Source: Fibrobacter sp.
Lineage (GTDB): Bacteria; Fibrobacterota; Fibrobacteria; Fibrobacterales; Fibrobacteraceae
NCBI GenBank assembly: GCA_017959225.1
Contig: JAGDBD010000045.1
Coordinates: 16,965 to 80,964 of the forward strand
Length of the DNA: 64,000 nucleotides
Direction: 5' to 3'
Below the pieces are notes generated by a model, which had not been told where the DNA came from, made no database searches, and saw nothing but the letters and a program-made list of their open reading frames with translations. This document shows, piece after piece, positions 53,774 through 63,025 of the stretch (positions are counted from its first letter, which is position 1; the number at the start of each line of letters is the position of its first letter). A program made the position numbers and the translations under genes.

Positions 53774-55243
53774 ATGAAACGTTTGGTATTGGCTGCCTCG
53801 CTTGTGGGGGCAACCTCTTTGTTTGCCGATTTGCCTACAGCAGCTCAAGTGCAGGCAAATATGGGCATGGGCTATAACATCGGAAACACCATGGAAGTTC
53901 CGGCGAATTACGGTGGCCCGACTGCATGGGGAAACATTTTCCCAACTCAAACCTATTTGGATTCCATCAAGGCGGCAGGATTCAATACGGTTCGAATTCC
54001 CTGCGCTTGGGATAGCCACGCAAGTAACAACGTGATCAATTCGGGTTGGCTAGATTCCGTGCAGACCGTGGTAGACTATGCGATGAATGCGGGCCTCTAT
54101 ACGATTTTGAATATTCACTGGGACGGTGGCTGGTTGCAAGATGACGATTTTACCAGTGCAAAATCCAATATTGTGGAAAAGCAAAAAGCGTACTGGACGC
54201 AGATTGCAAACCGTTTTGCAAATTACGATGAGCATTTGCTCTTTTCGGGCATGAACGAACCGGGCCTGGATTTAAGCTGGAATGCGTCGCTGATTCCGGC
54301 ACTTGTATCGTATCAACAGGCGTTCATCGATGCAGTCCGAGCAACGGGCGGTAACAATGCGACTCGTACACTGATCGTTTCTGGACCGAAAACCGATATC
54401 GATGTGACGTGCAATTATTATACCACAATGCCTACAGACAATGTCTCGGGCCGTTTGATGGTAGAAGTGCACTATTACGATCCTTATCAGTACACGTTGA
54501 TGACGAGTGAACAGAACTGGGGCGCTTCCGAAAGCATTCTACCTCAGTATTACTACGGCGATTATTTGAGCACGACAGAAATCAAGCGCAACGCAGGTTA
54601 TAACGCTTGGAGTAAAACCGTTGACGATTCCCTTGCAACCATTAAACATGCGAATGGACAATTCGCCAAGATGAAACGGAACTTTATCGATAAAGGTTAC
54701 CCGGTGATCATCGGTGAATATGGCGCAAATCTCCATTCGGATGTTTTGAGCGGATCCGCTTTAACGCAGCACAAAAATGGTCGAGTCCAGTGGCACAAAG
54801 ACGTTGCCACGGCTGCAAAAAATTACGGTCTCACCCCGATCCTTTGGGACATGGGAAACGAATCGAATCAGCTTGACAACATGTGTTACATTCGCCATTC
54901 CGGAAAAGACGCTTCTACAGCAGGAAAAGTGGTGGACGTTGACGTGATCAATGCCCTTCGCCATGCATACGGCATGGGCGATTATGTGAACAACGGAATC
55001 GCATTTTCTAGCAGCGGTGATGTAACAGCGATCGATGCAAAGGTAACGATGAACATGTCTTTGCGCTTGGAAAATAACTTGCTGACTTCGGACAAGGACA
55101 TTGCCTTGTTCGATGTGAACGGCAATCTGTTGCGCCGTGTGCATGCAAACGGTTCTTCTGCAATTCTTTCGATTTTGAATATGCAGCAAGGCGTTTATAT
55201 TGCAAAGAGCGGTTTGCAGGTGATCCGTTTCCGGGTTAAGTAA
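53774..55243 (+). CDS. Glycoside hydrolase family 5 (subfamily-4-like endoglucanase) with a T9SS-like tail
   Basis: MGMGYNIGNT, VRIPCAW, LNIHWDGGW, NEP (acid/base), IIGEYG (nucleophile) and tail LFDVNGN...GVYIAK. Confidence 0.9.
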   Translation: MKRLVLAASLVGATSLFADLPTAAQVQANMGMGYNIGNTMEVPANYGGPTAWGNIFPTQTYLDSIKAAGFNTVRIPCAWDSHASNNVINSGWLDSVQTVVDYAMNAGLYTILNIHWDGGWLQDDDFTSAKSNIVEKQKAYWTQIANRFANYDEHLLFSGMNEPGLDLSWNASLIPALVSYQQAFIDAVRATGGNNATRTLIVSGPKTDIDVTCNYYTTMPTDNVSGRLMVEVHYYDPYQYTLMTSEQNWGASESILPQYYYGDYLSTTEIKRNAGYNAWSKTVDDSLATIKHANGQFAKMKRNFIDKGYPVIIGEYGANLHSDVLSGSALTQHKNGRVQWHKDVATAAKNYGLTPILWDMGNESNQLDNMCYIRHSGKDASTAGKVVDVDVINALRHAYGMGDYVNNGIAFSSSGDVTAIDAKVTMNMSLRLENNLLTSDKDIALFDVNGNLLRRVHANGSSAILSILNMQQGVYIAKSGLQVIRFRVK

Positions 55244-55260
55244 AGTTCTCTTGAGAAATG

Positions 55261-55292
55261 AAAAACTCCTCGGCATTTGCCGAGGAGTTTTT
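55261..55292. terminator. Bidirectional terminator between GH5 and trpB2
   Basis: AAAAACTCCTCGGC-ATTT-GCCGAGGAGTTTTT. Confidence 0.88.
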
Positions 55293-55307
55293 GCTTTGAC
55301 AGCAAAT

Positions 55308-56690
55308 TTATGCCAAGTTTCCGGGGAAGTGCGGAATCTTGCTGATGCTCTTTCTGAGATCTTCGTCCGTGGGAATAGAATCGGCCATGTCACCGTCATT
55401 GTATGCGGCATAAGCCTTCAAATCAAAATAGCCGGTTCCCGTTAAGCCGAAGACGATAGTCTTCGATTCACCGGTTTCCTTGCATTTAAGGGCTTCGTCG
55501 ATTGCGACGCGAATGGCGTGGCTCGATTCCGGGGCCGGGAGAATGCCTTCTACACGGGCGAATTGCGTTGCTGCTTCGAAAACTCGGGTCTGTTCCACGG
55601 CTCGGGCTTCCATAAATCCATCGTGGTAAGCCTGGGAAAGAATCGGAGTCATGCCGTGGTAACGGAGACCGCCGGCATGGTTTGCAGACGGCATGAATTC
55701 GGAACCGAGGGTGTACATTTTAGCAAGGGGGCAAACGTGACCGGTGTCGCAGAAGTCGTATGCAAATACGCCGCGGGTAAGGGTCGGGCACGATGCCGGT
55801 TCTACTGCAATAATCCGGTAGTCTTTTTCGCCACGCATCTTTTCGCCGAGGAACGGAGAAACGAGGCCGCCGAGGTTAGAACCGCCACCTGCGCAAGCGA
55901 TGATCATGTCGGGAACAATGCCGTATTTATCCAGAGCCGCTTTGGTTTCAAGACCGATCACCGTCTGGTGCAAAAGAACCTGGTTCAAAACGGAACCTAG
56001 TTCGTAACGGTAACCTTCCATGTGGGTGGCTGCTTCGACAGCTTCGGAAATGGCGCAGCCGAGGCTTCCGGTGGTTCCCGGATATTCGGTGTTGATTTTG
56101 CGGCCCACTTCCGTGGTCATGGAAGGAGACGGGGTGACGCTTGCGCCATAAGTGCGCATGACTTCACGGCGGAAGGGTTTCTGTTCAAAAGAAACCTTCA
56201 CCATGTAAACTCGGCAATCCAGTCCAAAGTAAGCGCATGCCATCGAAAGGGCCGTTCCCCATTGGCCTGCGCCGGTTTCAGTTGTTACGCCTTTCAAGCC
56301 CTGCTTTTTTGCATAATAAGCTTGAGCGATGGCGGAATTCAGCTTGTGGCTTCCGCTCGTATTGTTGCCTTCAAATTTGTAATAGATTTTTGCCGGTGTG
56401 CCAAGAGCTTTTTCTAGGCAATAAGCACGCACAAGGGGAGATGGACGATACATTTTGTAAAAGTTGCGGACTTCTTCTGGAATAGGAATCCAGCGCGTTG
56501 TGTCGTCTAGTTCTTGCTTGGCGAGTTCATCGCAGAAAATCGGAGTGAGTTCTTCGAACTTGAGCGGTTGATGGGTTTCCGGGTGGAGCAGCGGAGCCGG
56601 CTTGTTTTTCATATCGGCACGGACGTTGTACCAACTCGTCGGAATTTCTTTTTCGGAAAGATAAATCTTGTACGGAATTTCTTCGCTCAT
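55308..56690 (-). CDS. trpB2: TrpB-like PLP enzyme (stand-alone TrpB2)
   Basis: SGSHKLN, TETGAGQWG, GGGSNLGG, GGLRYHG and PAPESSHA. Confidence 0.92.
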   Translation of the reverse strand: MSEEIPYKIYLSEKEIPTSWYNVRADMKNKPAPLLHPETHQPLKFEELTPIFCDELAKQELDDTTRWIPIPEEVRNFYKMYRPSPLVRAYCLEKALGTPAKIYYKFEGNNTSGSHKLNSAIAQAYYAKKQGLKGVTTETGAGQWGTALSMACAYFGLDCRVYMVKVSFEQKPFRREVMRTYGASVTPSPSMTTEVGRKINTEYPGTTGSLGCAISEAVEAATHMEGYRYELGSVLNQVLLHQTVIGLETKAALDKYGIVPDMIIACAGGGSNLGGLVSPFLGEKMRGEKDYRIIAVEPASCPTLTRGVFAYDFCDTGHVCPLAKMYTLGSEFMPSANHAGGLRYHGMTPILSQAYHDGFMEARAVEQTRVFEAATQFARVEGILPAPESSHAIRVAIDEALKCKETGESKTIVFGLTGTGYFDLKAYAAYNDGDMADSIPTDEDLRKSISKIPHFPGNLA

Positions 56691-56821
56691 GGCGGTCTCC
56701 TAAATTATTTACCTTGAAAACATAGCATTTTTGTTAATTCCTATAACCAGTAATAGCCTTTGTCGATACCCTTTTGGCTGTAGCTATATTTTACCGGTTG
56801 AAAAAAGAATGAGGAGTTGTT

Positions 56822-57568
56822 ATGAGAATCGTTTCTTGGAATGTGGCAGGAATTCGCGCTTGTATCAAAAAAGGTCTTCCGGACTTTCTAAAGAAAATAG
56901 ATGCGGATGTTTTTTGCATGCAGGAAGTCAAAGCAGAAATGAACCAGATCGACTTTCATCCAGAAGGGTATCATGAATATCTTTACTCGGCAAAGCGCAA
57001 AGGCTATTCGGGAACGATGATCTATAGCAAAACGGAACCGCTGAGCGTCCAGTATGGTTACGGCGAATCCGAATATGACGACGAAGGAAGAAGCATCACT
57101 GCGGAATTCGAAAACTTTTACTTGGTCACAACTTACGTTCCAAATGTGAAACGGGATCTTTCCCGCTTGGAATCCCGCATGCGCTTTGAAGACACGTTCA
57201 AGGCTTACTTAAAGAAATTGGAAGAGAAAAAGCCTGTCATCCTTTGCGGGGATTTGAACGTGGCGCACAATGAAATCGATATTTATAACGCCCGTGCAAA
57301 CCGTGGACATGCAGGTTTTACCGATGAAGAACGGGCCAAGTTCACAGATCTTCTTGCAGATGGATTTGTGGACACCTTCCGAAAACTGCACCCGGATACG
57401 GTTCGTTATAGCTGGTGGAGTTACATTGGGCATGCCCGTGATAACAATATCGGGTGGCGTTTGGATTACTTTGTGGTGTCGGAAAGTCTCTTTTCGAAAG
57501 TCAAAGAATCGTCTATTTACGACGATGTCTTTGGCAGTGACCATTGCCCCATTGGACTAGAAATTTAA
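56822..57568 (+). CDS. xth: Exodeoxyribonuclease III / AP endonuclease
   Basis: SWNVAG, CMQEVK, CGDLNVAH, WRLDYF and GSDHCP. Confidence 0.95.
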   Translation: MRIVSWNVAGIRACIKKGLPDFLKKIDADVFCMQEVKAEMNQIDFHPEGYHEYLYSAKRKGYSGTMIYSKTEPLSVQYGYGESEYDDEGRSITAEFENFYLVTTYVPNVKRDLSRLESRMRFEDTFKAYLKKLEEKKPVILCGDLNVAHNEIDIYNARANRGHAGFTDEERAKFTDLLADGFVDTFRKLHPDTVRYSWWSYIGHARDNNIGWRLDYFVVSESLFSKVKESSIYDDVFGSDHCPIGLEI

Positions 57569-57571
57569 AAT

Positions 57572-57627
57572 GTCATTACGAGCGGGACGAAGCAAACCTG
57601 GATACTTCGTTTTCCGCTCGCAATGAT
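57572..57627. repeat. Intact REP-like imperfect palindrome between convergent genes
   Basis: GTCATTACGAGCGGGACGAAGC-AAACCTGGA-TACTTCGTTTTCCGCTCGCAATGAT. Confidence 0.65.
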
Positions 57628-57635
57628 TTTGTGAT

Positions 57636-59297
57636 TTAAGCGAGTAGGAGTATCGCTAGAACTTGCCCGCTTAAAATGCGCAGTAACATGGTTAGGGGAT
57701 AAACGGAAGCATATCCCACGTTGGTCGCTTCGCTGCTTGTCATGCCGTTAGCAAAGGCGAGAGCCGGAGGGTCTGTCATGGAACCTGCGATCATACCGCA
57801 GAGACTCAAATAGTTGACTTTGAAAACGAGAGTTCCGACGATACCTGCAATCATCAACGGAATGAATGTAATCAAAGCGGCGAGTCCCATGTAATAGAAT
57901 CCGTCTCCGTTCAAAAGAACGTCAAAGAATTTAATGCCTGCATTCAAACCGACGCACGTTAAGAACAGTGTAATGCCAAGTTCACGGAGCATCAGGTTTG
58001 CGCTCGCAGCCATGAAAAAGTTCAACGGTCCAATCTTTCGCTTGCGGGAAAGCAGAATGGCGACGATCAGCGGGCCACCGGCAAGTCCAAGCTTTAACGG
58101 TGTCGGCATGCCCGGAATGGCAATAGGAATGGATCCGAGAATAATGCCGAGGAAAATGCCGACGAATGCCGGGATAATTTCAGGATGGTCAAGTGCTTTG
58201 AGAGAATCTCCGAGCGTTTTCGAAACGGCGGCAATGCCTTCGCTTGGGCCGACAATTAAAACCTTATCGGCAAATTTCAAACGCAAATCGAGACGTCCGG
58301 TGAACTTGAATTCTCCACGTACAACTCGGCTAGCTGTCACTCCGTAACGTTCCAAAGCGAGTTCGCCAAGAGTTTTGCCCAGAACCTTTTTGTTCGTCAC
58401 CAGAACGCTGCGGGTTTCAAGCTGGGAATGAATGTTTGTAATGGGCTTTTCCAGGCGCGAACCGATTAGCTTTTCCATCAGCTCTACATCTTTGGGGAAT
58501 CCCACAATGTGCAGTTTGTCGCCTTCTTGCAAAATGACTTTTCCGTCTGGCATGGAAATGTCTTCGCCGCGCTGTAAACGGGTAATCACAATGCCGCTGG
58601 TGCGGATACCCGGAATGTCTTTGATGCGCACGTTGAAAAGGTTCTTGTTTTCGAGAGCTAGGCTGCACGATACAATATCTTGACGGGTTTTGCCGAGTTC
58701 TGTCGCATATTCTTCAGCGGCGATGTCCGGCTTTTTCCTAAAGATCAAGCGCACAAGAATCATCACAAGAATGATGCCCATTACACCGAATGGATACGCT
58801 ACCGCATAACCGATTCCGGTGAGCGATGTATCGGCACCGGCTGCTGCAAGGGCCGAGTTCGCTGCGCCCAGGGAAGGCGTATTCGTGACAGCGCCACAGA
58901 GCATTCCAATTAGAATCGGAACGTTCTTGCTTAAATCGGTAAAGAAATAAATGCCGACGGTAATCAGAACGCCCATGAGCACAATGCTTACCGCAAGAAT
59001 GTTCAGCACAAGTCCATGACGACGGATGGAATCGATAAATCCCGGTCCCACTTGCATACCGATCGTATACACAAAAAGAATCAGACCGAATTCCTGCATA
59101 AAGTGCAGAACGTTTGGATCCATGCGAAGGCCGAAATGCCCAAAGAGAATTCCGACAAAGAGCGCACCTGCTCCGCCGAGGCTTACTCCTTTAACCTTGA
59201 TGCGTCCGATCATAAGGCCGATGGCTGCCGTAAACGAAAGAACGACAACTTGCTGAGCGACCGACGTTCCGGTGAATAAATCAATGAACCATTGCAT
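57636..59297 (-). CDS. YidE/YbjL (AspT-family) transporter with TrkA-C domains
   Basis: FGLILFVYTIG, GAVTNTP, GYAVAYPFG, GGPLIVA and AGSMTDPPALAFA. Confidence 0.9.
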   Translation of the reverse strand: MQWFIDLFTGTSVAQQVVVLSFTAAIGLMIGRIKVKGVSLGGAGALFVGILFGHFGLRMDPNVLHFMQEFGLILFVYTIGMQVGPGFIDSIRRHGLVLNILAVSIVLMGVLITVGIYFFTDLSKNVPILIGMLCGAVTNTPSLGAANSALAAAGADTSLTGIGYAVAYPFGVMGIILVMILVRLIFRKKPDIAAEEYATELGKTRQDIVSCSLALENKNLFNVRIKDIPGIRTSGIVITRLQRGEDISMPDGKVILQEGDKLHIVGFPKDVELMEKLIGSRLEKPITNIHSQLETRSVLVTNKKVLGKTLGELALERYGVTASRVVRGEFKFTGRLDLRLKFADKVLIVGPSEGIAAVSKTLGDSLKALDHPEIIPAFVGIFLGIILGSIPIAIPGMPTPLKLGLAGGPLIVAILLSRKRKIGPLNFFMAASANLMLRELGITLFLTCVGLNAGIKFFDVLLNGDGFYYMGLAALITFIPLMIAGIVGTLVFKVNYLSLCGMIAGSMTDPPALAFANGMTSSEATNVGYASVYPLTMLLRILSGQVLAILLLA

Positions 59298-59345
59298 ACG
59301 TATTTATGGGTTTAAGTGAAGGTTCCTGGTAACTGTAAATGGAAT

Positions 59346-59864
59346 TTACTTTTTAATGCAACGGAGCGAAGCGGAAATGCTCTTGTTGAAGTGCTCATAA
59401 ACGACAGAATCGGTTACGCGAACGAGAACGGCGCGGGATTCGTCGAAATTATCTGCGGTCCAGAAGCTTGCGCTTGCGCCCATGTCAGCGGATTTGCCGT
59501 CGTAGTACCGGAATCCGGCTTTAGCTACGTTCAAAACGTTAAAGTCTGCATTTTCAAAGTCTGCTTGAGTCGGGAGAGTCCAACCTTCCGGACAGATTTT
59601 GGTAGCGGTTTCGTAGGGGTAAAGAGAACCGTAAATTTCGCAGTTCCTTGCAGAGTCTCCGTAGCAATGGCTTGTACCGGTGAGGTCCAAACGGGCGAGG
59701 TTTTCGGCCATCCAAATGTGGTTTCCGGTGTTCACTGTTTTATAAGATTTTTCGACGCACACGAGTTCGCTGGATTCTGCATTGTACGTGCAAGTATTTG
59801 CTTTTTGGCAAGCGGTAAGGGTAATGGCTGCGGTTGCGATGAGTGCGAAGAATTTAATCGACAT
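59346..59864 (-). CDS. FISUMP / Fib_succ_major-domain lipoprotein
   Basis: Lipobox TLTAC; WMAENL, YGSLY, CPEGW, FWTA and SLRCIK. Confidence 0.88.
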   Translation of the reverse strand: MSIKFFALIATAAITLTACQKANTCTYNAESSELVCVEKSYKTVNTGNHIWMAENLARLDLTGTSHCYGDSARNCEIYGSLYPYETATKICPEGWTLPTQADFENADFNVLNVAKAGFRYYDGKSADMGASASFWTADNFDESRAVLVRVTDSVVYEHFNKSISASLRCIKK

Positions 59865-60006
59865 AGTGACTCCTAATGAGATGTTGTCGTTTTTAGACGG
59901 CTTAAATGTAGAGAAACTCATCAATTTTGACTAATAATTTGTTTGTATGAATCTATCATTAAAAATTATTAATTATAGGTTATATTATAATTCAGGGTGA
60001 TATGAT

Positions 60007-60023
60007 CATAAGTTTAAGTTATG
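60007..60023. promoter_or_regulatory. LysR-type T-N11-A binding palindrome
   Basis: CATAA-GTTTAAG-TTATG in the divergent promoter, 48 nt before the LysR ATG. Confidence 0.65.
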
Positions 60024-60071
60024 GAATAAAAGCCTAGGAACAAAAAAAGTTTTTGCTTATATTTGGACGCA

Positions 60072-60971
60072 ATGGAATTGACTCAGCTGAAATATTTTTT
60101 GGAAGTCGCCCGAACGGAGCATGTGACGCAGAGTGCCAAAAACCTTTACGTGGTACAACCTGCACTTACCCAGGCCATTCACAAACTCGAAAGTGAACTG
60201 GGAGTTCCTCTGTTCAAAACGGTCGGCCGTAACATTAAATTGACGGAAGCGGGAAGATTTTTTTATGAAAAGCTTCGTCCCCTTTATGAAAGCATGATGG
60301 TGCTTCCGTCCCAGCTTCAAGAAATGATCGCGCATCAGAACAACAACATTAAATTGAATGTTCTCGCTGCTTCGACGTTAATTACCAATGCGGTCATCGA
60401 TTATAAAAAGACCCATTCCGATATTGATGTGGACTTGATCCAGAACGAAGAAACCAACGTCTTTGATATTTGCGTTCGCACTTATGCAAATTACAGACCG
60501 GAACTTGATCATACAAATAGCGACGAAACCTTTGTCCATTCCGAAAAGATTTTTCTTGCCGTTCCAAATATTGCCCGTTACAAAAAGATGAATTCCATTT
60601 CGCTTTTTGATTTGCGCGATGAAAAGTTCATTCGTCTTTACGGATCCAAACAGTACCGTAAAATTTGTAACGAACTTTGTGAACGGGTGGGATTTAATGC
60701 GAACGTGACTTTTGAAAGCGACAACGCGATGGCTGTAAAAGAAGCTGTGGCAGCAGGCATCGGTGTGGGATTTTGGCCAGAACTTTCTTGGGGAAAAATG
60801 GACCATAAAAGGGTGCGCCTTTTAGAAGTGACCGATACGGATTTTAAGCGTGACATTGTGGTGTCCCTTCGCCGCAACAAACAGGATAATTCTAAAACTG
60901 AAGCTTTCTACAATTATCTAACCAAATTCATTTTGCATCAGCGCAAAAAGAAGCGGGTGTTTAACGCTTAA
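60072..60971 (+). CDS. LysR-family transcriptional regulator
   Basis: LTQLKYFLEVA...VQPALTQAIHKLESELGVPLF and VAAGIGV. Confidence 0.93.
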   Translation: MELTQLKYFLEVARTEHVTQSAKNLYVVQPALTQAIHKLESELGVPLFKTVGRNIKLTEAGRFFYEKLRPLYESMMVLPSQLQEMIAHQNNNIKLNVLAASTLITNAVIDYKKTHSDIDVDLIQNEETNVFDICVRTYANYRPELDHTNSDETFVHSEKIFLAVPNIARYKKMNSISLFDLRDEKFIRLYGSKQYRKICNELCERVGFNANVTFESDNAMAVKEAVAAGIGVGFWPELSWGKMDHKRVRLLEVTDTDFKRDIVVSLRRNKQDNSKTEAFYNYLTKFILHQRKKKRVFNA

Positions 60972-61019
60972 ACAAAAGGCTTTTGGAATATAAAAAGGTA
61001 TATTCTAAAAGCTTACTTT

Positions 61020-62264
61020 ATGTTCAAGGTCAAATATGCGGTTGCTTTGCTGTGCATGCTCGGACTTTCGGGATGCCTTTGGGAGGGAACAGATGCTTCT
61101 CTCGAAGATTCTTCCTATTTGCCGCTGAACGATTCGGAATACCCATATGCCGGAATTCCGCGCCTTGTCATTGAAACGGAAAATTTTAAAGACATTCGAA
61201 ACCGTGAAACCTTAGTGCCTGCCCGGTTGCAAATTTACGGCAAAGACTCTCCGACATCCGAAATTTTGGAACTGACTGTGCGAGGGCGTGGAAATTCCAC
61301 TTACAACGCTCCCAAATATGGACTGAAACTGGAATTTTCGCAAAAGACATCTCTGCTTGGCATGCCTGCGGATAAAGATTGGGCGCTCCGATCAAACTAC
61401 GGCGATAAAACACTTTTGCGGGACTTTATGATGAATCGCCTTGCAAATCGCCTGGGAATTTCTTACGTGCCTCGAATGCGTTATGTGGAACTTTATTTGA
61501 ACCGCGAATATAAAGGCTTGTACCTGTTAGCAGAAACGGTCAAGTTTGCAAAGAACCGCGTTCCCGTTGCCAAAACGGATTTTAATTTCCTTTGCGAAAA
61601 AGAGGATTCCAAAAAAATAGATGATCCTTACTTTCAAACGCGGGACGGCAATTTGATTCACATTCAAGAGCCTAAGAAGGTTTCGGATGCTACGCTTCAA
61701 AGGGCGAAATCCCACTTGGACAGCTTTGAAATTTACTTGCACGGACAGGATTTTTGGGGAGAAGATTCCATTGGGAACTGGCTGCACGTTCAGGATTTTT
61801 TGGAGTATTATTGGGTGCAGGAATTTGCTAAAAATGAAGATGGCAAATTTACGCGTAGCGTGTTCTTTTACTGGGAAAAGGGTGGACCGATTCACTTTGG
61901 ACCGCTGTGGGATTTTGACTTGGGATTTGGGAATGAGTCCCGTGAAATTTTTTCCATGCCCGAAAACTGGTTCATTCGCAACTACCGTTGGAACCGTTTC
62001 ATTTTGGCAGACCGCCAAATGAGAACTCTTGCTGCGGAATATTGGAATCTCCACCGAGAAACTTTCCACGAACTGATCGACAGCATTCCTCTTTACAAAA
62101 GTCAAATTGAAAAGGCTGCGGCAAATGATTTAAAACGCTGGCCGATTCTCGATAACACGTTCCTTTGGGCGCTGCGGCATTCGTACGATTCTTACGACGA
62201 AGCGGTGGATTCCATGACCGTTTGGATGGAAAAGCGCTTTCAATGGATTGAAGAAAATCTTTAG
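61020..62264 (+). CDS. CotH-kinase-family lipoprotein
   Basis: Lipobox LSGC; RGRGNST, WALRSNYGD, YKGLYLLAE and GPLWDFDLGFGN. Confidence 0.88.
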   Translation: MFKVKYAVALLCMLGLSGCLWEGTDASLEDSSYLPLNDSEYPYAGIPRLVIETENFKDIRNRETLVPARLQIYGKDSPTSEILELTVRGRGNSTYNAPKYGLKLEFSQKTSLLGMPADKDWALRSNYGDKTLLRDFMMNRLANRLGISYVPRMRYVELYLNREYKGLYLLAETVKFAKNRVPVAKTDFNFLCEKEDSKKIDDPYFQTRDGNLIHIQEPKKVSDATLQRAKSHLDSFEIYLHGQDFWGEDSIGNWLHVQDFLEYYWVQEFAKNEDGKFTRSVFFYWEKGGPIHFGPLWDFDLGFGNESREIFSMPENWFIRNYRWNRFILADRQMRTLAAEYWNLHRETFHELIDSIPLYKSQIEKAAANDLKRWPILDNTFLWALRHSYDSYDEAVDSMTVWMEKRFQWIEENL

Positions 62265-63010
62265 AAATTGTCGTCCCTGTCGAACATGTGCGTTACAAAT
62301 TCCGTGACGAGAGTGACGTAAGCGTCGTCGCCAAAAATCGGTTTTTGCATCAGATCGATGGTTTCTTTGGAAATGTCGTTTGTTTTGGCAAGTTCTGCAC
62401 CGCCTTCTGCATAGCGTTTGCGGAGCATGTTCAGCCGACGTTCGCCACCGCGGTGGTGCAGTGCGCGCATTTGCGGACAGGCGATCAGATAATATTTGCC
62501 TTTGCCAAGGATAATGTCGAACTGCTTGACAATGGGTTCGTAAACCACGTCCAGATCCATCCAGGCGCAGCTAGAAAGCAAAATGATTTTTTGACCGGGC
62601 TTTTGATTTTGCAAACCGTGCATCGGTTTGTTCATGTTTTGACCGTCTTCTTTGAGCTTTTGACCCATGTAAGGGTGCACCATTCCCACGATACGGTCCA
62701 TCAAAACTTTCATCTGCCCCGGAATGCTAAAGAGGAACAGCGGGAAACTCCAAATGACAACGTCCGCTTCTTCGAGTTTTTTACGGGTGGCGGGAACATC
62801 GTCATCTTTAATGAAGCAGCTTCCGTCGGGGCGACCCCAGCAGGTAAGGCATCCGCGGCACGGTTTGATGTTTAAACGGTCAATAAAAACATATTCCGCT
62901 TCATAGTCGCCGCTTTCAAGCATCCCTTCCACAAAGGCTTTTGTCGGAATCAGCGTTCCGCTGCGTTCATTTTTGGGACTTGCCACCATGATGAGAATTT
63001 TCTTTGCCAC
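62261..63010 (-). CDS. Iron-sulfur flavoprotein / NADPH-dependent FMN reductase family
   Basis: ASPK...SGT, the CRGCLTCW...SC cluster motif, and PGQMKVLMDR. Confidence 0.85.
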   Translation of the reverse strand: MAKKILIMVASPKNERSGTLIPTKAFVEGMLESGDYEAEYVFIDRLNIKPCRGCLTCWGRPDGSCFIKDDDVPATRKKLEEADVVIWSFPLFLFSIPGQMKVLMDRIVGMVHPYMGQKLKEDGQNMNKPMHGLQNQKPGQKIILLSSCAWMDLDVVYEPIVKQFDIILGKGKYYLIACPQMRALHHRGGERRLNMLRKRYAEGGAELAKTNDISKETIDLMQKPIFGDDAYVTLVTEFVTHMFDRDDNF

Positions 63011-63025
63011 GAATCGATCCTTTCT

